Shown here piece by piece: positions 1-6,664 of a stretch of 11,600 nt of DNA; positions within the stretch are counted from its first letter, which is position 1; each line of letters opens with the position of its first letter. Both the position numbers and the translations under genes were made by a program. Under the pieces are notes generated by a model. It saw only the letters and a program-made list of their open reading frames with translations, searched no databases and was not told where the DNA came from. Source of the DNA: Diplonema papillatum (taxonomy: Eukaryota); assembly GCA_030068145.1 (NCBI GenBank), contig JAPJBO010001038.1, positions 64,001 through 75,600 on the forward strand, written 5' to 3'.

Positions 1-204
1 ACACTCGGGTGCGTAAGGCGAACCCGCGACACCTCGCACACCTTCGCAGCCGATTGCGACCGACGACGACACGCCTTTGTCAGCCCATCGAGCTGCCCAA
101 CACCGCCACTCCCGACGCAATCAAGTGATCCCTCAGACATTGTGCAAACACGAGTGCCCAGCACACACACACCCAGTCACTCCTGATAGATTCAGAAACC
201 AAGG

Positions 205-335
205 TGCATGGCCAGGAGGGCAGGAACGTGGTCAGGAGTGCAGAACCGCGGTCAGGAGCGGTGTTCAGGAGCACTGAACCGTGGTCAGAAGCGCAGGAAC
301 AAGCGCAGAACTGCAGGAACAAGGTGCTATCTGAG
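205..335. repeat. Decayed minisatellite of roughly 12-21-bp units (GGTCAGGAG / GCAGAACCG / CAGGAACAAG motifs).
   Basis: Short motifs recur, such as ggtcaggag(t/c)gcagaaccg and gcaggaacaag. There is no coherent coding signal. Confidence 0.5.
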
Positions 336-530
336 ACGAGCAGCTATTTAGTAAGTGGCGAGGTCCAAAACCATGAAAATTGGGTTTCACCTATCTTTTC
401 CTCCTCAGTCGAAAACTAGGCCGGAAAATGAAATTCCTGTCCCCAGAGGACCCTTCAGGGCCCCCATGCATGGGTGCATGCTGCCGGCTTACCTCAGTTT
501 CATTTTTGTCGAAAAAAGTTTGCCCCCCCC

Positions 531-629
531 TAGGGCAGTGCTGGCTGCAAACGGCTGCAAACGCGTTTGCACCGATTCTGCAAACGGCAAACGTTTGCAG
601 TGCAAACGTTGCAAACGTTTGCAAACGTC
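531..629. repeat. Left TIR of element A plus its subterminal array of (T)GCAAACG(G/T) repeats.
   Basis: Read directly from the sequence: ctgcaaacggctgcaaacgcgtttgcaccgattctgcaaacggcaaacgtttgcagtgcaaacgttgcaaacgtttgcaaacgtc. Confidence 0.8.
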
Positions 630-755
630 ATTACCGTTTTACAGGGCGTATACGGTGGGAGAGTCTTGGCGGTGTTCCTGTTGTTGTAGTTCAGCCGCAC
701 GAGGGAATCTGCTATTTTTATCCCCATGCTGCTTCGCTTGTTGTCCTTCACTGCG

Positions 756-1151
756 TCATACACCGACCACCCTGGGCTGGCCAATAATATTTTTCTTGGC
801 TACCGCCTGCAATGGCAGCCACTTGGTGCCAAATGCGTGCCACCAGATCTCCCCGAGCCACTTGTTTGCTGCTTTCAAACCTAGTCCCTCTCGTACGGTG
901 AGGCAGTCGGAGTGCTCAGCCAATGCACAGAGCTGGTCGTGTAGTCCGGAAAGAAGCGAGGACCTTCGCAATCCCTCTGTCGCGTTGGTGTAGATCTCCG
1001 TTTTCCACTGCGGGCTGAGAGCGGCGGCGGCTTCGTGGAGGGGACGCCGGTAATAAATCCTCCACAGCAGAAGTCCGACTAAGGGTCCCACAGAAACAAA
1101 GCCTTTTCCTTTGCGGTTTGTCGACATCCCACTGTCACTGCTGCCACTCAC
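756..1151 (-). pseudogene. Degenerate internal ORF of element A. It is a homolog of element B's zinc-finger-like ORF, and the CxxC motif has been lost.
   Basis: The 131-aa ORF contains ...NATEGLRRSSLLSGLHDQ... and ...LLLWRIYYRRPLHEA.... These align with element B's ...NKATGRSFLTMVSVLCGLSAHDE... and ...W/THEA.... The N-termini also match, MSTNRKGKGF versus MANKRKVDAW. The ORF is in the same orientation and position relative to the arrays as in B. Confidence 0.35.
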
Positions 1152-1223
1152 GACAGCATAAATGTCACTTGCCCACGTCTATATCGCTCGCATGTGTCTA
1201 TCCATTGCTAGCCTTGCACTGCA

Positions 1224-1327
1224 CCGTTGCCGTTTGCAAACGTTTGCAAACGGCATCTGCCAGATCTGCAAACGCAAACGCAAACGTTTGCGCAAACGTT
1301 TGCACGTTTGCAGCCAGCACTGTCCTA
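1224..1327. repeat. Right subterminal CGTTTGC/GCAAACG array and TIR of element A.
   Basis: Read directly: cgtttgcaaacgtttgcaaacgg ... ctgcaaacgcaaacgcaaacgtttgcgcaaacgtttgcacgtttgcagccagcactgtccta. Confidence 0.8.
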
Positions 1328-1548
1328 TATATCACCCATTCCACGAAAAAGTGTCACAGATTTTCCGTCTGAAAAGCAGCCCGTTTTGGGTCAAAATTTT
1401 GGAATTTTTGGGAAATTTTTTTTGGGATGGAAAGAGCTATCCCTGGCGATTATGGGCAAGCAATCAGCTCGCGTGGCGACCAAAATCTGGCGTGCAGATG
1501 GACAAAAGGTCGGTTTTTGGGCTGTTTCAAAAACCCAAAAAAACGATT

Positions 1549-1617
1549 TCCGGCGGGAATCGAACCACCGACCCTCAAACCCCTGTGTGGGTGTGGTAAC
1601 CTCTGGACCATGGGCTA
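1549..1617 (-). ncRNA. tRNA-derived, SINE-like Pol III module. It is not a foldable canonical tRNA.
   Basis: The minus strand reads GCCCATGGTCCAGAGGTTACCAC...GGTGGTTCGATTCCCGCCGGAAATCG-TTTTTTT. It has a D-arm-like TGGTCCAGAGGTTA, a canonical B-box GGTTCGATTCC and a T7 terminator. No acceptor or T-stem pairing can be found. Confidence 0.4.
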
Positions 1618-1821
1618 AAAAAACGGCGGAAATTCTTTTTGTTCACTACCGAGTGAGAATTTTTGGACTCATTTTGAGTTCTTCGCAAACCGGGCGAAAT
1701 AAGCTCTGAGAGAGCAGAAATACCGTCCTGGGACACTGGAAACGAGTAAATGACGATCTCGCACTTTCCGATAAGAATTCCAACTGAGCAGGCGCTAAAA
1801 GCGAATTTTGGCCCGAGGTTT

Positions 1822-1904
1822 GGCAACATAGCCTAACGGTTACCGCACCCTCCTGGGCCCCTGTAGGCCATGGTTCGATTCCCCCGGTCCGATTTTTTTT
1901 TTTT
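1822..1904 (+). ncRNA. Second tRNA-derived, SINE-like Pol III module, in inverted orientation to the first. It ends in a T12 run.
   Basis: ACATAGCCTAACGGTTACCGCACCC...GGCCATGGTTCGATTCCCCCGGTCCGA-T12. It shares GGTTACC(A/G)CACCC and the B-box GGTTCGATTCCC with the first copy. No canonical cloverleaf pairing can be found. Confidence 0.4.
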
Positions 1905-2692
1905 GCGATTTTTCGGTGTGAAAAGCAGCCGTCTGGAAATTATTTTCGAGGTCTTTTTGGGAAATCTTTTGGTTTTCGAGTAGTTCTGGGATGCGCGATT
2001 ATGGGCAAGCTGCCAGCTAGCCCAGCGATCAAAATCTGACCCCCTCCTGGATGCAGAGAGAAAAAAAACCGATCTCCAGGACCCCATTTTTTCGGGTGCC
2101 GACCTCCATTTCCGGGGGGGGGGTCGGTCAAAATTTTTATCCGACCAAATATTCGGAAAGCCCTGTCCTCAACGGATTCAAACGTGTCCTCAAAATCTCG
2201 AAACCGACCATTTTCGGACCTGCAGATGGAAATTTTCGGCAGAAATCCGAAAAAAGCCGAAATCTGTGACACTTTTTCGTGGAATGGGTGATATACGGGG
2301 TGTGATCGTAGTGTAAATCTTGTCTATTTTATTATTTTTACGATTTTTCCGAGTCAAGAGGTTGGTAAATTGAAATTCTCAATTTAGCTCTCTAGCGAGC
2401 TATCCCACTTTTCTGGGGCAGGCCGTGGGGTACCCCCACCCCGGACATCTCTACCGTTTTTTTTGGCATTTTTGAGAATTCAAAATTCGTCGAAAAAATT
2501 TCTCACGGCGGACAACGGCGTGGCACAGTCGTCAGCTGACGACGTTCCTTACCTACGGGTGGGAGGTTCGGTTCCCGCCGGTGGACTTTTTTCCGGGTCT
2601 GCACTCAGCATCAAAGGTTCACCAGCGGCGGTCCGGAGGGGCCCTCCCCCCTGGATAAGGGCCCCCAACTTGCCATCATCAAGGTTTTCCGG

Positions 2693-2770
2693 GGGGGAAA
2701 ATCTTAGTTTCGTGTTCAGGCGCTACTTGCCTCTAAGTGTTTGATGCTAGCATCAAGTCTTCTTCGCGGA
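2693..2770. repeat. Dispersed repeat segment of about 80 bp (GGGGGAAAATCTTAGTTT ... GATGCTAGCATCAAGTCTTCTTCG). It is the copy of the segment at about 6178-6258.
   Basis: The matches to 6178-6258 are near-identical at gggggaaaatcttagttt, gcctct and gatgctagcatcaagtcttcttcg. The segment contains the 12-bp palindrome GATGCTAGCATC. Confidence 0.75.
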
Positions 2771-2774
2771 ATGC

Positions 2775-2895
2775 AGAGTCTTTTTTTCTTCTTTTTTCCC
2801 GTTTTCTGTTTTTTTCTGTTCTTTCTTTCGTTGTCGACAATTTCTTTTTCTCCTTTTACTTTTCCTTTTAATTTTAATTTTCTTTACCATGGTAT
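2775..2895 (+). other. Polypyrimidine (CT-rich) tract of about 115 bp, immediately upstream of the satellite.
   Basis: tctttttttcttcttttttcccgttttctgtttttttctgttctttctttcg...ttctttttctccttttacttttccttttaattttaattttctttacc. Confidence 0.6.
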
Positions 2896-2963
2896 TTTTG
2901 GACTTTCTGGTGCCGTAGAGTAGTTCTTCTTTCTCTATGCCGCCCACGTCGATGTTCGTTTAG

Positions 2964-4378
2964 CGGGTTCGGGTTTTCACAAACGCCGAACTGGACAAAA
3001 AGGTTCGGGTTTGCACCAACGCCGGACCTGGGCAAAAGGTGCGGATTTGCACCAACGCCAGGCTGAGCAAAACAATTCGGGTTGGACAAACCGGACCGGC
3101 AAGAAGCTTCGGGTTTGCACAAAAACGCTGGACTGGACAAGAAGGTTCGGGTTTGCACAAACGCCGGACTGGACAAAAAGGTTCGGGTTTGCACAAACGC
3201 CGGACTGGGCAAAAAGGTTCGGGTTTGCACAAACGCCGGACTGGACAAAAAGGTTCGGGTTTGCACAAACGCCGGACTGGACAAAAAGGTTCGGGTTTGC
3301 ACAAACGCCGGACTGGGCAAAAAGGTTCGGGTTTGCGCAAACGCCGGACTGGACAAAAAGGTTCGGGTTTGCACAAACGCCGGACTGGGCAAAAAGGTTC
3401 GGGTTTGCACAAACGCCGGACTGGACAAAAAGGTTCGGGTTTGCACAAACGCCGGACTGGGCAAAAAGGTTCGGGTTTGCGCAAACGCCGGACTGGACAA
3501 AAAGGTTCGGGTTTGCACAAACGCCGGACTGGACAAAAAGGTTCGGGTTTGCGCAAACGCCGGACTGGGTTTGCGCAAACGCCGGACTGGGCAAAAAGGT
3601 TCGGGTTTGCACAAACGCCGGACTGGACAAAAAGGTTCGGGTTTGCACAAACGCCGGACTGGGCAAAAAGGTTCGGGTTTGCGCAAACGCCGGACTGGAC
3701 AAAAAGGTTCGGGTTTGCACAAACGCCGGACTGGACAAAAAGGTTCGGGTTTGCACAAACGCCGGACTGGGCAAAAAGGTTCGGGTTTGCACAAACGCCG
3801 GACTGGACAAAAAGGTTCGGGTTTGCACAAACGCCGGACTGGCAAAAAGGTTCGGGTTTGCACAAACGCCGGACTGGACAAAAAGGTTCGGGTTTGCACA
3901 AACGCCGGACTGGACAAAAAGGTTCGGGTTTGCGCAAACGCCGGACTGGACAAAAAGGTTCGGGTTTGCACAAACGCCGGACTGGACAAAAAGGTTCGGG
4001 TTTGCACAAACGCCGGACTGGACAAAAAGGTTCGGGTTTGCGCAAACGCCGGACTGGGTTTGCGCAAACGCCGGACTGGGCAAAAAGGTTCGGGTTTGCA
4101 CAAACACCGGACTGGACAAAAAGGTTCGGGTTTGCACAAACGCTGGACTGGGCAAAAAGGTTCGGGTTTGCGCAAACGCCGGACTGGACAAAAAGGTTCG
4201 GGTTTGCACAAACGCCGGACTGGACAAAAAGGTTCGGGTTTGCACAAACGCCGGCCTGGGCAAAAAGGTTCGGGTTTGCACAAACGCCGGCCTGGACAAA
4301 AAGGTTCGGGTTTGCACAAACGCCGGACTGGGCAAAAAGGTTCGGGTTTGCGCAAACGCCGGACTGAGCAAAAGGTTA
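2964..4378. repeat. 36-bp satellite (GTTCGGGTTTGCACAAACGCCGGACTGGACAAAAAG), about 39 tandem copies, with a higher-order repeat of about 489 bp. The central copies are homogenised and the edges are degenerate.
   Basis: The 36-bp period is read directly. Unit variants (GCAC/GCGC and GGAC/GGGC) alternate regularly. A truncated roughly 21-bp unit (gcgcaaacgccggactgg|gtttgcgcaaac) recurs at about 3569 and about 4058, which is 489 bp apart. Copies are degenerate at 2964-3130 and 4330-4378. Confidence 0.95.
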
Positions 4379-4749
4379 CCTCTAGACTCGCTAAGGGTGG
4401 TCCTAACACCCATGTACTTCATCGTTTTTGGCCCCTTGCGGGTGTTGTTCAGCCTCAAAATCGGTACAGATGAGGTTATCGAGGGCGTGTGAGCCAGAAG
4501 CTGATCAGAAAGTCACCCAGAAGACGGAAAGCATGGTGAAAAATGGAGATTTCGCCCACCTCGCCAAGACGTCCCAAATCAGCCGACTTCCAGAATTTCT
4601 ACAAAGAGAGTCCCAAATCGGGAGGAAAAATCAGTATAGAGAAAATTTTGGAGCTTTTCTGGGTACAAATGACTGCATCCTGAGTCATTCCTGTCACAGT
4701 CTGACCCTTCTGCCGTCTCTTCCGGCTGTTTTTTGGTGTTTGGATGCCC

Positions 4750-4830
4750 CTGGACCAAACCCGGACCAACCCGGACCATACCCGGACCAACCCGGACCAA
4801 TCCGGACCAGACCCGAACTAGACCCGGTTC
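4750..4830. repeat. Microsatellite of 10-11-bp units, (CCCGGACCAA)n, about 7 copies.
   Basis: ggaccaaacccggaccaacccggaccatacccggaccaacccggaccaatccggaccagacccgaactagacccgg. Confidence 0.85.
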
Positions 4831-4934
4831 TGGGTCAAATGCTGCTGAAAACCCCACGGAGCACTCTATGAAGCCTAAGTTGCCGAATTTACACTAACCA
4901 GGAACAATCAACAACAGCGAGCACTGGACGAGAG

Positions 4935-5240
4935 GTGGGTGGACTCTGGGCCAGGAAGGTGGACACCAAGGAAAATTCTGAACCAGGGAAGGTGGATTCT
5001 GGACCAGGGAGGGTGCATTCCGTACCAGGGAGGGTGGATTCTGGTCCAGGGAGGGTGGCTCCTGGACCAGGGAGGGTAGATTCTGGACCAGGGAGGGTGG
5101 ATGGATCTGGCCCACAGAGGGTGGTTTCTGGACCCGGAAGACGGGGATCTGAACCGCAGAGGTTGCAATAAGGGCCAGGGAGGTGTATTATGGACCACAA
5201 AGGCGAATTCTGGATCATGCATGGCAGATTCTGGTTGACG
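4935..5240. repeat. 21-bp minisatellite (TTCTGGACCAGGGAGGGTGGA)n, about 12 degenerate copies.
   Basis: Units with ctggaccagggagggtgga are read directly. The minus-strand ORFs of PGPESTLPG repeats are translation artifacts, because 21 is divisible by 3. Confidence 0.85.
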
Positions 5241-5298
5241 AAAGGATATTTAGCTCTTTGCCAACACAGACAGATCCCTCATTTTTGCACTTCTGGCC

Positions 5299-6138
5299 TA
5301 GGGCAGTGAAGCTGGTAAACGTTGAGTAAACGCGTTTACTCCAAAATGAGTAAACGTAAACGTTTATAAACGGTAAACGTTTACGTTTACGCGCGGTAAA
5401 CGTTTACTCGCCTACAGAGCACGGTTAGACCATACTTGGCCTCCTGGCGCAGCCCACGTTCCATCAGGCTGTCCATCTCTTTTATGGCGGCGTCAAGCAT
5501 CACCCCACCGAGTTCTTCGGGCGTTGGGGAGGTGTACTCATCGTGTGCTGATAGCCCGCACAGGACCGAAACCATGGTCAGGAACGAACGACCAGTAGCC
5601 TTGTTAAACCCGATGGCTTCTTCATAGAAGAAGTCCCTGATGGCTTCGTGGGTCCACTACAGTGGTAGGAATGGCACCATATTCAGCTGCTTCGTCTTGG
5701 CTTTCTCGTTTTTCTTCTGCTGCCTTCAGCTTGACGACGAAGGCGGGTCACCATGGGATCTTTTGGGGCGCAACCGCCAATGCCGCTGCCTTGGCCGAGC
5801 AGGTGCTCAGCAGAGGCGGTGGAGAAGGCCTTATTGCAGAACTTGCAGGTTACCTTGCGCATCTTCGATCCGGGTACTTCCGTGAATGTCACCCCCTCCC
5901 AGGCGTCTACTTTGCGCTTGTTCGCCATTTGTGACGAAAGGTCCGTCTGGATATTTTAGCGATATTTTACTTAGTTGCCCCTCTTCCTTGATAGATTGCG
6001 TTTCCAGTGGATGCCGCCCTTGATACAGTAAACGCCCACAACGTTTACTCAACGTTTACTCAACGTTTACTCCAAAATGAGTAAACGTAAACGTTTATAA
6101 ACGGTAAACGTTTACCGTTTACCTGGAACACTGCCCTA
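5299..6138. mobile_element. Element B: a non-autonomous DNA transposon of about 0.84 kb from the same family as A. It has TAGGGCAGTG termini, subterminal GTAAACG palindrome arrays and an internal zinc-finger-like ORF.
   Basis: The left end is TAGGGCAGTGAAGCTGGTAAACG (5299-). The right end is CGTTTACCTGGAACACTGCCCTA (-6138). The arrays run from about 5315-5410 and 6026-6120 and carry GTAAACG/CGTTTAC motifs, many as GTAAACGTTTAC. A 52-bp subterminal stretch (cgtttactccaaaatgagtaaacgtaaacgtttataaacggtaaacgtttac) is present in direct orientation at both ends. It has the same layout as element A. Confidence 0.65.
5683..5928 (-). CDS. Zinc-finger-like (CxxC...H, BED/C2H2-like with the last ligand missing) basic ORF inside element B. 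It may be the remnant N-terminal DNA-binding domain of a transposase.
   Basis: The 81-aa ORF is MANKRKVDAWEGVTFTEVPGSKMRKVTCKFCNKAFSTASAEHLLGQ.... The stretch AW.GVTF ... CKFC ... TASAEHL resembles the BED finger consensus (W.HF ... CxxC ... H). It ends in an arginine/lysine-rich tail, RLRRQAEGSRRKTRKPRRSS. It may splice via GTGACC ... TGTAG to the downstream ORF at 5387-5575, giving ...PM|WTHEAIRDFFYEEAIGFNKATGRSFLTMVSVLCGLSAHDE.... This is supported by the contiguous homologous sequence in element A's ORF. Confidence 0.35.
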   Translation of the reverse strand: MANKRKVDAWEGVTFTEVPGSKMRKVTCKFCNKAFSTASAEHLLGQGSGIGGCAPKDPMVTRLRRQAEGSRRKTRKPRRSS

Positions 6139-6177
6139 GGGGGGAAAATCTTAGTTTAATGTTTAGGCCCTAGGGGG

Positions 6178-6258
6178 GGAAAATCTTAGTTTAGTGTTTA
6201 GGCAGAGCACTGCCTCTCATGCATGGTTGATGCTAGCATCAAGTCTTCTTCGAGGAAG
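6178..6258. repeat. Copy of the roughly 80-bp GGGGGAAAATCTTAGTTT ... GATGCTAGCATCAAGTCTTCTTCG segment.
   Basis: A 37-bp tandem duplication of ccctaggggggaaaatcttagttta(a/g)tgtttaggc sits at about 6132-6205 and precedes it. The segment matches 2693-2770. Confidence 0.75.
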
Positions 6259-6664
6259 ATGTCGTCTAGGAAAGGGATGCAAAATAGAAAATAGAAAGTT
6301 GTAAAGAGGGGAGTGTACGGCTCCCAAAGTGGGGAATGAAACCTTGAGGCCCTGTATTTTTTTCACCGCGGTGTTGTGTGCACCTCGTTCTTCGTCTCAT
6401 GTTTCGCTCTTGAACGCAGACCAATCCAAAGTCAGAGCTCATCAGTGGGTCCTTTGGATGGGGATTTTCAGTCCTGTTCCGGTGCGAGCACAACTTGGTT
6501 TCATGTGTTTTCCTTCCTTCATTCGTTTTTTTAAAAAAAGGAGGGTTTTGGACAGGGGTTTATACGGGGCTTCGAAAAAATCCTGAGTTCCGGTCTGGGC
6601 TTGTTTTTTTTTTTGCTGCAACTGCATGCTGTATGCCACCTTTGCCTCGTTTTGATCAGCTTCA

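Larger units (their letters stand above)
531..1327. mobile_element. Element A: non-autonomous DNA transposon of about 0.8 kb, hAT/Ac-Ds-like, with TIRs and subterminal GCAAACG palindrome arrays.
   Basis: The left end is TAGGGCAGTGCTGGCTGCAAACG (531-553). The right end is CGTTTGCAGCCAGCACTGTCCTA (about 1305-1327). These form a 23-bp inverted repeat with one mismatch. Both subterminal regions carry about 8 copies of GCAAACG/CGTTTGC, many as the palindrome GCAAACGTTTGC. The same architecture recurs in element B. Confidence 0.65.
1328..2295. mobile_element. Element D: composite MITE-like non-autonomous element with 36-bp terminal inverted repeats and possible TA flanks. It has no coding capacity.
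   Basis: The sequence at 1328-1363 (tatatcacccattccacgaaaaagtgtcacagattt) is the exact reverse complement of 2260-2295. If the TIR is read as TATCACCC..., TA dinucleotides flank both ends. The interior holds a direct repeat (about 1366-1500 and about 1914-2046, with shared motifs gaaaagcagcc and gcgattatgggcaagc..atcagct) and two tRNA-derived modules. Confidence 0.6.

Noticed and set aside
355-993. A 212-aa ORF on the plus strand spanning the unique flank and the interior of element A.
   Set aside because: It crosses the TIR and GCAAACG array (translated as low-complexity C/K/R-rich sequence) and overlaps the minus-strand internal ORF that has a homolog in element B. It is judged an artifact.
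1549-1904. Two bona fide tRNA genes.
   Set aside because: Both have a canonical B-box and a T-run terminator, but no acceptor-stem or T-stem pairing could be found in either. They are scored as tRNA-derived or SINE-like modules instead.
2964-4378. A CRISPR array, suggested by 36-bp direct repeats.
   Set aside because: The repeats are contiguous head-to-tail with no unique spacers between them. The context is eukaryotic, with introns, signal peptide and EGF module, and Pol III-type modules. It is a satellite and not a CRISPR array.
2874-4492. Six very long ORFs of 361-511 aa on both strands across 2874-4492.
   Set aside because: All lie inside the 36-bp satellite. Because 36 is divisible by 3, every frame stays open and gives perfectly periodic low-complexity 'proteins' such as PEPFCPVRRLCK and FGFAQTPDWTKR. 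These are translation artifacts and not genes.
4889-5222. Minus-strand ORFs of about 104-109 aa with PGPESTLPG / HPPW repeats.
   Set aside because: They are encoded entirely by the 21-bp minisatellite, whose period is divisible by 3. There is no independent coding evidence.
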